Of a stretch of DNA of 64,000 bases, positions 13,065 through 25,221 are shown piece by piece. The notes below the pieces were generated by a model that did no database searches, was not told the origin of the DNA, and saw nothing but the letters and a program-made list of their open reading frames with translations. Origin of the DNA: Basidiobolus meristosporus CBS 931.73 (Eukaryota; Fungi; Basidiobolomycota); contig MCFE01000035.1 in the NCBI GenBank assembly GCA_002104905.1, positions 124,001 to 188,000 on the forward strand, read 5' to 3'. Position 1 is the stretch's first letter, and every line of letters starts with the position of its first letter. A program made the translations under genes and the position numbers.

Positions 13065-13620
13065 TTACTGCTCATCCTCTTCTTCAGCTTCACCTTCACC
13101 TTCCTCTTCGCCATCCTCGTCTCTAAAAAAGGGTTTAGAAATATTGGTAGTTCAAATGTCGAAGCAAGCACTTACCCCTCTCCCTGGTAATCCCCATCTT
13201 CCTCCTCGTCGTCGTCGTCATCTTCTTCACCATTCCCTTCTTCAGCATCGTCGTCTTCGCCATCGTTCTCCTCTGCACCGTCGCCCTCTTCTTCGGCCTC
13301 ACCAGCATCTTCAGCGTCACCCTCGCCAGCGTCCTCGTCCTTGTTGTCTTCGGCATCATCACCTTGAGCATCGCCCTCTTTTTCTTGATCATCGTTATCG
13401 GTTTTTTGCCTTTTAGGATTGGGTTGCTCCTTCTCGTCATCGTCGGCATCTTTAGGCTCTGCGATCTCCGCCAATTCGGAGAAGCTCTTAATCATCTCGG
13501 TCATCAAAACATATTTAAGGGCATCCTAAAAGACAATGTGTTAGCCATGAGAAGACTCGGATATCCAACAAGGCTAACCAGGTATTGAACGGGCTCAGCA
13601 TAGATGGCAGCGGAGTTCAT
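13065..13620 (-). CDS. Small, highly acidic (about 46% D/E), probably disordered nuclear protein, 149 aa, 3 exons
   Basis: Exons 13620-13579, 13525-13176 and 13122-13065 join in frame with GT-AG ends (intron 1 has a GCTAAC branch point). NLS-like PKRQKT is followed by an E/D/G tail of about 90 aa. Confidence 0.75.
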
Positions 13621-13695
13621 ATTAGAGGTAAAGGAATATAAGGAAAGTAAGAAAGTGGCAAAGGGAAGTGAAAAAAAGTCGTGCGGATTTGCTGG

Positions 13696-13733
13696 ATTTA
13701 TAAGGGCCATGGGAGAGCTGGGATCTGGATTGG
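13696..13733 (-). promoter_or_regulatory. Candidate TATA (TATAAAT) and CCAAT boxes upstream of the acidic-protein gene
   Basis: On the minus strand, CCAAT at 13733-13729 and TATAAAT at 13702-13696, followed by a pyrimidine-rich leader to the ATG at 13620. Confidence 0.4.
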
Positions 13734-14099
13734 CAACGTGTGGTGTAATTAACGTGCACGAATCTATAAGAGCACCATTAGCATCTTCACCCCTCCCCCT
13801 GGTCACTGACTTCAATAATATTTACCGACAGATATCTGTGGAGTACCCCTATTTAATTGAATCCTTGGGGTAGATATGATTGAACATTCAAGGTCGCGTT
13901 GTCAGCTTGAATCATCAGCCACTTGTCATCCGACCGAACCATCTCATTAAATCGCGTTAGAACTTGCTCTTGCTACAGCTACTTACGCGTTTCCACATAT
14001 ACTACTGACCAATCATACAGATGTGCATGCAAAAACTCCTATATTTTGGCAACATCCCCATTTACATAATTCACCGAATTCTTTGCCCTGATGACGAAT

Positions 14100-14640
14100 A
14101 TGTATTTTAAAACGTTGGTTAAAGCACAGGTCAGATGACAGACTTACCTTGCCGGTTTTTTTACAGAGTACCTTCCGATAATAGTAGAGTGCACTTCTAC
14201 GTCACCAAAAATGTCTGCTCTGGGCTGATTCTACCAGTCCATAAACACCCTGGAGATTCAATCTGGTCAATAAAAGCAACAAAGCTTTGATAATGAGAGC
14301 GGAGAATATTGTCGGGCTTCGGCAATTATTTAGTTATAGAAGACTGCTCGAAGGATTTATTGCGCTTTGTCACGTAGCAAGACTCAACCAGAGACGTATC
14401 CAAGGATGTGGCTTTCATAATTTAGGTATAACAATAACCATATCACATCCATCTAAACATAATGATAAACAACTAGATCGCTTGTGAGCACATCCATAGA
14501 TTTGCATTGTAACAAATTACTGGCGCCTTCATGGTCTATATTTTGCAATATATCTAATTCAAATGGGATAGCACGTTTCCCTAATGGCGAAAGCCAGTAG
14601 ACTTCGGCTATTGCTCCCTCACATGTGAAGATACTACTCT
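14100..14640 (-). pseudogene. Probable decayed protein kinase (CAMK/PASK-like) relic
   Basis: Minus-strand frames give GAIAEVYW..LGKRAIPFELDILQNIDH and, about 80 codons later in another frame, KPDNIL (14319-14302). Many stops and frameshifts. Confidence 0.35.
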
Positions 14641-15321
14641 TACTACTTTGACAACCAAAAAGACCAAAGAAGAGACCATTGTAATTGCTTATTGCACATC
14701 TTTGTCAAACAGCAAGGCGAACTTGTGACGTATTCTCAGGAGGTGGGACTGAAATAAAAATCAATCGTATTTCATCCACCTAAACACAATAATAAGCAGC
14801 CATATCACCGATGTAGTTACATTTCACGTAATACTCAATAACCACTGAGCACATACCACAAAACATGATTCCAAATCGGGATTCGCTGACACATACGGAG
14901 ACATGTTTGGCAGGTCTGATGTAACTGTTCCTATATTCACGCTGGTCTGATAGATTAGTTTGCTAACCAGATAAGTGTTGGGGTGGATTCAAGGCTTAGC
15001 TTTAATCTAGAATTACATGTGTTTGCATCAGTACGAAATTTTATTAATACTCGGCGGGATAGATATAAGCTCCCTACCTCTTGCGCCCTCAGACAATACT
15101 TAACACTACCACTTTCTTTAAGTTATAGACTTTAGTGATTTTTTCACTTTCAGTCTTACTATTATAACCGATTATTAATATCTCCTTTTATCCTCATACC
15201 TCAACCGTCGTTCGATTTTCATTAATCTCCTGCTATTAACGTAACCCCTATTTCTTTAACACTTAAATCAACATTTTTCATCATTCCCGACAAAGTAGAG
15301 GCCGATCCTTTGTTCTTCTTC

Positions 15322-18088
15322 ATGGACTTTACCCAGGGTGGTTTAAGTTGGGCACATAAAAAAGGGTGCAGTGAAATTGAATACCCAAACGAAGAGCAAA
15401 TAGAGAAATTCACCCAAGCTTTACACGATGAAGCGGAAGGGTACATATCCGACAAAGACTTGTATGCTGCACCTACCATAGCCAATTCAAAAACGGCAAA
15501 TGCCGTACCCCGCAAGCATGAAGGCTTTAGCTATTCGCTACTTCGGTTTCCTTTATTGGTATGAGTCGCTATTTAGCTGCCAATTGGCTTTTCCGCTAAC
15601 CCCAAGCTTTTTCCAACAGATATTTGTGTTCAGTATTATCTTTTTCGAGTTGTTTCTATATTTCCTTTTACGACAAATCGTCAACACATGGGAGTATTTT
15701 TATTCTTGGTACATAGAGCTTTACATACATCCCAGAATCTTCAAATGCATCTTAACCTTTATGATTGGCACAGGCGTGGAAGGAAAAGAAAGCTTCGCGA
15801 GCGTCTCCGCAATGCGAAAACATTTGAAGAGTGGAAGGACGCAGCTATGGCTCTAGATACATACTTGAAAAAAGATGACTGGAAGGAGCAGACCCCATAC
15901 CATTATTATGACTACAAACTCATTACAAAACTATCGACCCGCCTCAAGAAGTTAAGAGAAAAAGGTGACGAACAGCAACTTCGCGAACTCTTGCTACAAG
16001 GCGCAGTCAAGAGTAACGTCGGAGGTTGCGAGAATGTTCGCCTTTACTCTAACACTTATTACGGCACAAAGAAGGTGAGTTATCATATAGGCCGAAGTCA
16101 CCTTTGAAGAAATCATGTTGTTTTAACCTCCACATACTTTTAGGTAGTCGAGAATTTCCTTGACGAGGGTAAGTGGTCTTGTATGGATAGTATGCTTTTA
16201 GGTATCAACGGAATCTAATTTGGCAACTTAGTGGCCCAATCCCTTACCTTTATTGCCGAGAGTGAAAGTATTCCTTTGAACGAGAAACGACATTTCTTTA
16301 AAATCGCCAGCAAAAACTACGGAAGAACCGCCTTGTGTCTTAGTGGAGGAGCCTCTTTTGGTTACTATCACTTTGGTAAGAACTCGTACCTTTTACTTCA
16401 GCTGAGGAAACAGCTACTAAACATCGATGACAGGTGTTATCAAGGCTCTTGCGGAGAACGATCTGCTACCTCGCGTGATTACCGGGACCAGTGCTGGCTC
16501 GTTGATTGGTATGCTAGCATGTTTGACCTACATGGGTACACATTTACTAACAATCGTCGTAGCTGCTATGGTTGGCTGCAGAACGAATGAAGAGCTTGTG
16601 GACATAATCAGACCAGAAATCCATGAGCTTCTCACCGCTTGTGCCGGAGGGTATTCGGTAATTATATTGTTGGAATCTCCGAAGTCTTGACCATCAGGTT
16701 GATTGATATATCTCGCCAAACGCAGAAAATGGCCCTAAACTTCTTTCTCACTGGATCATGGTAAGTGCGAGTCTGCAAGACTTCTCAGATACCGCCAACT
16801 AAATCCAACATTTAGTTTCGACGCCGGAGATTGGGCCCATAAGGTGCAATGGATCACCAAAGGGTGCATGACTTTCTTGGAAGCATACAAACGGACAGGA
16901 CGCATTCTGAACATCACCGTGGTTCCAATGGGAACACAGGCGCCACCCAAACTTCTCAACTATATAACCGCTCCTGACTGCGTGATATGGACTGCAGGTA
17001 AGCGGGGTATGTGTTGCGGTGTACTGGAGATGGATCATTAACTTTGCTTGTTCCCACCTGCTCAGTAATTGCTAGTTCAGCAATTCCTGGAATTTTGAAG
17101 CCAGTTGTGTTGTTGAGAAAGACAAAGGAAGGAAAGATTGAACCTTTTATGAGTAGCGGCCACAAGTGGCGCGATGGTAGTCTTCGCACGGTACGATTTG
17201 ATACAATATTAGCTGGTCGGCATACACTTACACCTTGCGTCCAGGATATTCCATTGGATTCGTTGCATCACTTCGTAAGCTTCAATCTCATTCATCAATC
17301 AGAGAAACATGCTAACAATACCTAGTTCAATGTCCGTTATGCCATTGTAAGCCAAGTCAATCCGCACATCACGTTGTTTTTCTACAATAACAAAGGCAGC
17401 GTAGGCAGGCCTACCTCGCATCGCTCAGGGAAAGGATGGTTTGTAGCCAGTGTAGTGAAGCCTGCATGCCTCCAAAAATACTTATCAATTGTAATGTAGG
17501 CGAGGCGGATTTGTTGCATCCACGTTAGAGCAGTACATCAAGCTTGACCTTAAGAAATGGCTGCGCGTACTGCGGGACTTGGAATTGATGCCCAATGTCA
17601 TGAACCAAGATTGGTCGTTCATTTGGTTGCAGAAGTTCGAGGGGAATGTGACGATCCTGGTTAGTTTGGCCAAATCAATTATGAACCGTTGGGCTTCGCT
17701 AACTCCTTGAATCTAGCCCAAATCCACATTCATGGATTATATCTATATTCTTCGAGACCCTGATCACCAAAGAATGGTCAATTATATCAACCAAGGCCAA
17801 CGCAATACCTGGCCAAAGCTCCATATGATTGAGAACCGTATGCGCATCGAGAGAATCATCGAGCAAGCCAGAAACCGGATCAAGTTGGAAAGGTTTCGCA
17901 CCCGCGGTGTAGATCCAAATCAGTACGAGGCTTTGGCTGCGGATGGCTCCCATAGTGGCAGTGAAGGTGATGGAGCAGCTGGTGAGATCCGCGAGACGGT
18001 TGAATACATGGAAGACAATCAGGTCTTCAGGTGGCAGCAAGAGACCACCGAAACCCACTCCGAGACCTCTTCCGATGACAGTGATTAG
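15322..18088 (+). CDS. Patatin-like triacylglycerol lipase (Tgl3/4/5-SDP1 family) with N-terminal TM segment, multi-exon
   Basis: DUF3336-like region (EEWKDAAMALD...RLYSNTYYGTK), oxyanion loop CLSGGASFG, nucleophile GTSAG, catalytic WRDGS, and SQVNPHI. Confidence 0.9.
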
Positions 18089-18784
18089 AAACGCTCTAAT
18101 TCTCATTTATCTGCTTATTCTCTCATCCATTTGTACTTTTAACATATGAATAAACGAGAACATGTGACTTCTTAAATCAAAACTCCCACCCTCGTGTTTC
18201 CCTGTGGCTCTTTTGTATTCCCTCCCGTAGTGCAAGTAAGGCTTAAATACAAGTGGGTTCATAAGCAAATCAGCCCAGAAAATCCGGGATGGGCAAAGCA
18301 TGTTTTCAGCCCGACTGATCGAGATACGAATGCTGGCTTCATGGCAAACCCAACACATATGCGAGCCGGTTCATTCTGGTACCGGTTTGCCTCCAATGGT
18401 GGCTCGGAAGGGTGAGAAATGAAATGCATACATGCAATGTGATCAAATCTACATTCTTGAAACTCCAATTATTATCCTTCTATAAATACTCCAACTGATC
18501 GCAATTTGCCATGATTAGAACGTTTGTGACACATCTCAAATCTAACCAATTTTCTATTGATTTTTTGTATGAGAACCAGGTATCAAATCAAATTCATTGG
18601 TTTGGTCAATTGTTGCCCAGAGTGCTTCCTATCAAACATAATCCTTACCTATCACTTGTTACTGTAGTGTGGACTTTGGCCACTAACCCTTCTTTTTTGC
18701 CAAGCTTGGATTATACTTACTCCCCTTTAGCCCACTTCACTCCTTGAGACAGGTGTTTATAATTGTTTACGTTAGTGTGATCAT

Positions 18785-21700
18785 ATGCCGTATACTTCAA
18801 TTCCCAAACCGCCTGATTCCAGTGAGCTAGAAGATTTATCAGCTTCCACTCAATACTGGTCCTTGCGAGAAAAAGAAACACAAAGGAATCAACTGAGAAA
18901 TAGTCACTACCGTGCGGGCCCTCCAATGATTCCTCCCCGTAACAATTTTCCGCAACAACTGCACGATCAAGTGATAACGCCGCGGCATGAGTACTGTGGA
19001 GTGGCTCTTCAACCATTTCAGCCTCATTCCCAATACGTAAACCACCAGGATGGATACAACTACTGGCATCAACAGAGTGACACTTATGGATATCACTCAA
19101 CTCCAGACAGCAACCCGTATTTTCCCCAACCACAATACCCAGCAAGAGACACAGCTATCTATTATGGTCAGCCAGCTGAGATACCCCAGGGACGTTTCCA
19201 GGAAAACCCAGAGCCGCATTCTGGCTTCCCTTTACGGATGCCTGACCCGTCAGATTACATATCCCGCAACACCCTGGTACATTTCCCATCCGAAATGAAT
19301 CCATGTTACCCGACAAGCTATGAACATTCCGATTTTATGACAATCCCAGATCCTAGAGGTATCTTTCCTTTTTGATGTTTGACTCCAGCGTGGTTTCTTA
19401 CCATCCTCCCAGATTACCAGATGTCGCTGGCTGATATCAACCCATACGACCCAACCCTATTGCCCATTGCACATGAAGGCTTGCTAAAAACCCTTCAGAG
19501 CAAACGCGACATCAGCCAATCCAACGAATATCTCAATTGCTTCAGTGGCCACGAGATAGTGGTAAGTCTATTATGTCCAGCAAACAAGTTCTTGTAACCA
19601 TTCCAACCAATTCTTGCCATTAGAGTGCAATTTGTGATGTTCTTGAAGTAGCCCAAAGAGAAACCGCTATGAAAATTGGCCGGTTACTTCAGGAAAATGA
19701 AGTCTTCCAGCACGTCAGCTCAAATAACCGGATCTTAATGGATAATGATCAAGAGTTTTACAGGCTCTGCATCCTTGATGCTAAAGATGAGCCCAAGGCT
19801 GATTTGGTAGAAACCAGCGATTCTGGCCAACCTGTAGAAGACCAGCCAGTCCCTGAAGACAACCAGGAGCAGGTTGCATCTTCATTAGCCGAGCAAGCTG
19901 TGAATGACCAAGTACGAAACCAGAGATTCTCAAAGTGCTACAAAAAGACCTTCCTTTAACTTTCAATCCATATTACCCCAGCCGTCTGATACCCCGCTCT
20001 ACACCACAACCAACGTTTCGAGAAAGCCTACTGAGCTGATTCGACAATCCGCCAACGAGGTAACTCTGCAGTGGCTATGTTCGAAGACTCTATGTATTTA
20101 ATCTATCCTTGTTTAGTACGAGAGCCTATGGATAGCCTCTATCCCTGAGGGGATCATGGATACTCTGAGCGATAAAGAGAGAAGCCGACAAATCGCTATC
20201 TTCGAGATTATATATACCGAGGAGGAGTACCTCCGTGACCTGAAGCTGTATGATACGGTGGGTAACGCAACTCGCGGAATTAATGCGATTATTTATGAAT
20301 TAACACTCATATTTTGTGGGATTCAATCTAGCTCTTTATCGAGCCACTGCGTGCCTCTCGAGTTTTTGGTAGCGATAAAGCCGAAAACTTCATCCAGGAT
20401 GTGTTTGTCAACTACCGCGAGTTGCAACAGATTCATGAGGAAATCATAGCCATCCTAAAAGAACGCCAATCGCTGAATGCGATTATTGAGATGATTGGAG
20501 ATATCATCGTTCAGTTTGTTGAAAGGTTTGAACCTTATGTTCACTTTAGCACCGGCTCCGTAAATTCCGGACGAGTTCTGAAGAATGAGCGAGCACAGTC
20601 TTCTGCCCTGGATGGCTTTCTGGAGGTCAGACTATCACCAGCCATCGGTCGAATAGCCAGATGTTGACCCACATGTTTATTCCAGGAATGTCAGAAGAGG
20701 CCAGAGGCCCGAAAGCTGCCTTTGGAGAGCTTCCTGTCGAGACCTAATTCAAGAATTGCTCGATATCCCTTACTCTTAGAACGAGTACTCAAGTACACAC
20801 CGGAAGATAACGCAGACCGGGAAATGCTAGCCAATGCCATCGATTCCATCAAAACATTCTTAACCCGACTCAATGAAGAAACGGGACGTGAAGAAAACAG
20901 GCTTAAACTACAGGAGATCAGAGACAAAATTGAATTCAAGACCGATGACTGCATGGCAAGGAATACCTTGATCTTCCCTTGATCCATCCCCAGCTATTAA
21001 CAACCATAATAGGACCTGAAGCTGGATGACAAGGATCGCCAATACATACGGGACGGTTTACTGAAGCGTTCTATAGGACAAAGCCTGAGGTTGATTCTGT
21101 TTGATCACATGCTCTTGCTGGCCAAAGACAAAAAAGCGTTCACCAATAGTAACATTACATATCGAGCTTACGTTAAGGTAGGGCCATCGACAATATGCTT
21201 ACTAGAAACACCGACTGACCCTGATTCTAGCCCATTCCGCTGGAGCTTCTGACTATCCAAATACACTCGGATAACTCGGACGCTGCAGGCGAGGAGTCCA
21301 CCAAGAATTCGTACTGTTTTACCATTACGGATTTGAGCAAGTGCGGAGGGTCCTACACTTTGATAGCTAGCTCGTTTGCAGAACGCAAACAGTGGGTGGA
21401 TAAGATCCAGGAGCAAAAAGCCAAGCGCATGTACAAACAGCCTCGAATCTTTGAGATTGCTCGCGTTTCAGACCACGGGTTCGTCCTGGAAAAAACCGCG
21501 CTGTGCTCTTGCGTGTATTGTAAGCAGAATTACACCAGCCCGCAATGAGAAAACTTCACTAAATATATCATTAATAGCTACTCGTGAGGGCAGAAGAAAG
21601 ATTGCTATTGGAACCATGGATGGTCTTTTCTCTGGATTCGAAGGGGATCCTGCTAGCTTCAGGAAAGTTCTCGACCATCCGCGAATCCACCAGGTAGAAG

Positions 21701-22805
21701 TCCTTGAGGAAATCAGAATGGTGGTTGTTCTCCAAGGTTTGATTATCACACACTTTCCTTACGTCCGACCACTATTACTAACCTCCACTCCCTACAGACA
21801 AGCTACTGTTGACTTATTCAATTGACATACTTGATAGTCCTGAGTCGTGGGCTAATCGTCAAAGTCAAAAACTGGCTTCACAAGTGAGCTACTTTGGTAC
21901 TGGTCGCTGCGACGGCAAACTGCTGGTTGTGCTCATGAAGTTGAAAGGAATGAAATCATTCTTCAAAGTGCTAGAGCCAGTCTCGCTGCGAGAGAACCCA
22001 AAGATCAAAGGAAAGCTATTATGTCAACGTAATGGATTCGCACTCAGACTGTTCAAGGAATTTTATATCGGAGCTGAATCTTTCTCGGTTCAATTTCTGA
22101 CCAAGAAACTATACGTGGTGTGTCCCAAAGGGTTTGAAATCATCAACTTGGAAGCACTGCACCTAAACAAGAGTAAGGCTCTTCACCCTTCGTGACTATA
22201 TTTGAATACTAACCATTTGAAAATCAGGCATCCCTGATCTCAGCGACGAGGCCCAATTCGGGTTCATCAATAGACGCGAGGAGTGTAAGCCACTGGCAAT
22301 GTTTCCGCTTGACACCGAAGAATTCCTTTTATGTTATAATGGTGAGACGAAGCCCTTTTGAGTATCATTCGTGGTAAACCTGCTAACAAGGATAGAATTT
22401 GCTATCCATTTGGATAAACTTGGACGCCGCACGCGGCCCAACCTGCTGATCGAATGGGAAGGACGACCAAATCGTGTTGGTATGTACCTCGATGTTTGCC
22501 ATGATATGGTCCAAGTTCATTGAGATTTCCGTTTCACAGCGCTATATGGACAGTACATTATTGCCTTCGACCCTTTTTTCATGGAGGTCCGTCACGCCGA
22601 GTCCGGGGAGTTGATTCAAGTAATCAATGGATGCAACCTTCACTATCTCAACCCTGGCACACACAAAGACGGTGTTTATTTGAGAATGGAATCTTTACGT
22701 AACCACGAACATTACTTGTTCCGTCTTATCATGGCCGCCGCAGCTCAAGGAGAACCGGCACTATCTGCAGATTCATCATACAAGAAAATTGGCGCTGACG
22801 CCTAA
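18785..22805 (+). CDS. ROM2: Rom1/Rom2-type Rho1 GEF (DEP-DH-PH-CNH), multi-exon
   Basis: DEP (CFSGHEIV...IGRLLQENEVFQHV), DH (ERSRQIAIFEIIYTEEEYLRDL; LSRPNSRIARYPLLL), PH (LILFDHMLLLAK) and CNH (KEFYIGAESFSVQFL; LIEWEGRP). Confidence 0.9.
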
Positions 22806-23525
22806 CGCCCCATGTTTGCCGACGCTTATCACCATTCCCTGTACATTCCCTATTCCGCACGATATTTTCCCATCTTGAATGAATCGTGGGCTAATTAATT
22901 TGTGACCAGAGCAAAAACCCAATTTGAGTATTAATAAATAGGCCATCGTAGGACTGTTGAAACTTTCGAAACAGTAAACAGACACGTTATCTACTCAGAG
23001 TGGTATTCATGGTTGCGGAAATTTATTTACTGGCTGTGGAACGAGGTTTTATAGGCTCAATGCAATATATGTCTGCCTTGAACTTGGAGTGTTTTAGCAA
23101 GGGACATTTACGAAACAGAGCGCTGGGGAATCAATCGAACGGGAGGGCAGTTACCAAGAGAAAATTGAGGGTAAGGAAAGGGATTTCAAGAGAAAGCTAG
23201 TCCAACAAGAGTCACAATGTTTCCGGAGACCCGAACAAGGTATTCCCAGAGCTGGCTAGAAATGCATTTCTTCAGTTGACATCGTAAAAGCGAGGAATTT
23301 CCTGAAACATTACTGAACCTCCGAAACTTCGTGTTCATTAGAGCTTGATTGCCTAAAGTTATGCAAGCGTTGAGGCACCGCCATCAGCCAATCAATCCAA
23401 GCCTGAAAAAAATATGACCCAATTTTTTTCATCACCAGCCTGGGTCAAGCATATAGGCAAGTTGACAGTCTCGGTTTGGAATTCTCTTTCTTTCGTTCTC
23501 TGCACACGTAGACGTTGAACTCACA

Positions 23526-24078
23526 ATGAGCCAACCTGTTCGGTGAGTATCATTTCGGCCTTTTCTTGACGGGATATATCGTATCGTAATAGATGGCCAA
23601 GACGCTGTAGCAAAAAGCCAAATAATCGTCAGAATATCGAAAGAGTGGTAGAGTCCATCCATCTGATTTGCTAGGCTATAGGGACCATGAGCCACTCATA
23701 CATATGCGATATGATTACCCCAATGCTCGCTTAGACGAATCATGCTAACTTTTTTCCCTACTACTTGGCAGACTTTACTCTAAGGGCCGTGTCCTAGGCT
23801 TCAAGCGCGCCAAGCGTAACCAAAGAACCAACACCTCTCTTATCCAACTTGAGAACGTCGCCACCAAGGAAGATACCCAATTCTATCTTGGTAAGCGTGT
23901 TGCTTACGTCTACCGTGCTAAGCGCGAAATCAACGGCTCCAAGGTCCGTGTCATCTGGGGTCGTGTTACCCGTCCCCACGGTAACTCTGGTGTTGTCAAG
24001 GCTAAATTCCGCTCCAACTTGCCTCCTCACTCCTTCGGTGCTAGCGTCCGTGTCATGATGTACCCATCCCGTGTTTAA
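23526..24078 (+). CDS. RPL33: 60S ribosomal protein eL33 (L35a/L33), 2 exons
   Basis: Exon 1 is 23526-23542 (MSQPVR) and the intron is 23543-23771. Exon 2 reads [17 protein letters not shown]...[19 protein letters not shown]...MYPSRV*, with strong codon bias. Confidence 0.97.
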
Positions 24079-25221
24079 ATAACCTCCTATTATTCAACTT
24101 ATAACATGAAGTCTTGACTTTGCTTGAATAAAACCATCAAATCTACATTACGCTCGCCCATATATACTAGGTTGGATGTTCCAACCAGCGAAAGTAGTAT
24201 CTTGAGGTTGCATTACTCTAAGCGATCTTTCAACTTTCAGCGTTGTGTCAGCGAGAGGTTTACCTTGGTGGTTTTGATATTGCAAGGTCCGATCTGTGTT
24301 GGATTTATTTTGTAGAAGGCTAGTTGGCTGACGAGTGTTTCAATTGGAAATATCTAAGCCATGAGAATTTTGGGATCACAGAGGGTTTACCATGCCTGAC
24401 AAGACAAGAGAGCGCACATAGAAGAGGTCACAAAGCCAAAAGGGTTTTATGCTATTTAATGATCACTTTAATATTTATTGGCAGTTTTCATTCAGTGGTG
24501 TTTCTGCAAACACTCACCTCAGACCACTCTCACTTTATACCAAGGCAATTAGAGACAACCCCGCAGTATCTCCATATCGTATCACTGCGTGTCTGTTTAT
24601 AATATCATGCCAGTATACGTGTGTACATAGTTTTGGGAGCAGAGTAGGGAGGTCAAACATGCAGGGATATTATACCAGCCAGAAAACACTAAGGATGGAA
24701 TAAACCCAATCCCGGCCCGAGTCGGACCCAATCCCTCCTGTAGAAGACTCTCTTTTGGCAGTGTTACACTTGAATTCCAACCTGGCTTGGTTAAAAGGGC
24801 AAGAAGCAAGCGCTCCATCCGCTAACATTCAATTTCATGATTTGCTCCAGGTTGTGGAAGGGCCGCTCTATCAATGATGTTTGGAATAAAGCCAGTTGTG
24901 GCTATTTGAAAGAATCAGTAAACAATAAATCATGTTACCCTAGAGATCTGTCAGATTTGCCAAGTATGAGTAATTTATGCAATATTTCTTTGGTTACTAA
25001 TCAGAGTATCTTACGCAACTGGTGATGTCATCCAGGCCTTGCGTTGATACTAGTCCATGAAAATTTCCAATATGCCTCAAGCGTTCAATAGTGTTGACAA
25101 AGCCCAAGCTTTGTATCCTCCATACAGTACCATCTACGTCTACGAACGTTTTTGTATCCTTCGCTTCACCACACGTTTATTTCCCAAATTTAATCGATTC
25201 CATGGTATCGTTTTATTAGAC

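Noticed and set aside
24180-25130. Splice-like signals and fragments (LEQIMKLNV, HGKPSVIP) suggesting an SDR or TDP1 relic
   Set aside because: I could not assemble a consistent model on either strand, and no catalytic motif was recovered.
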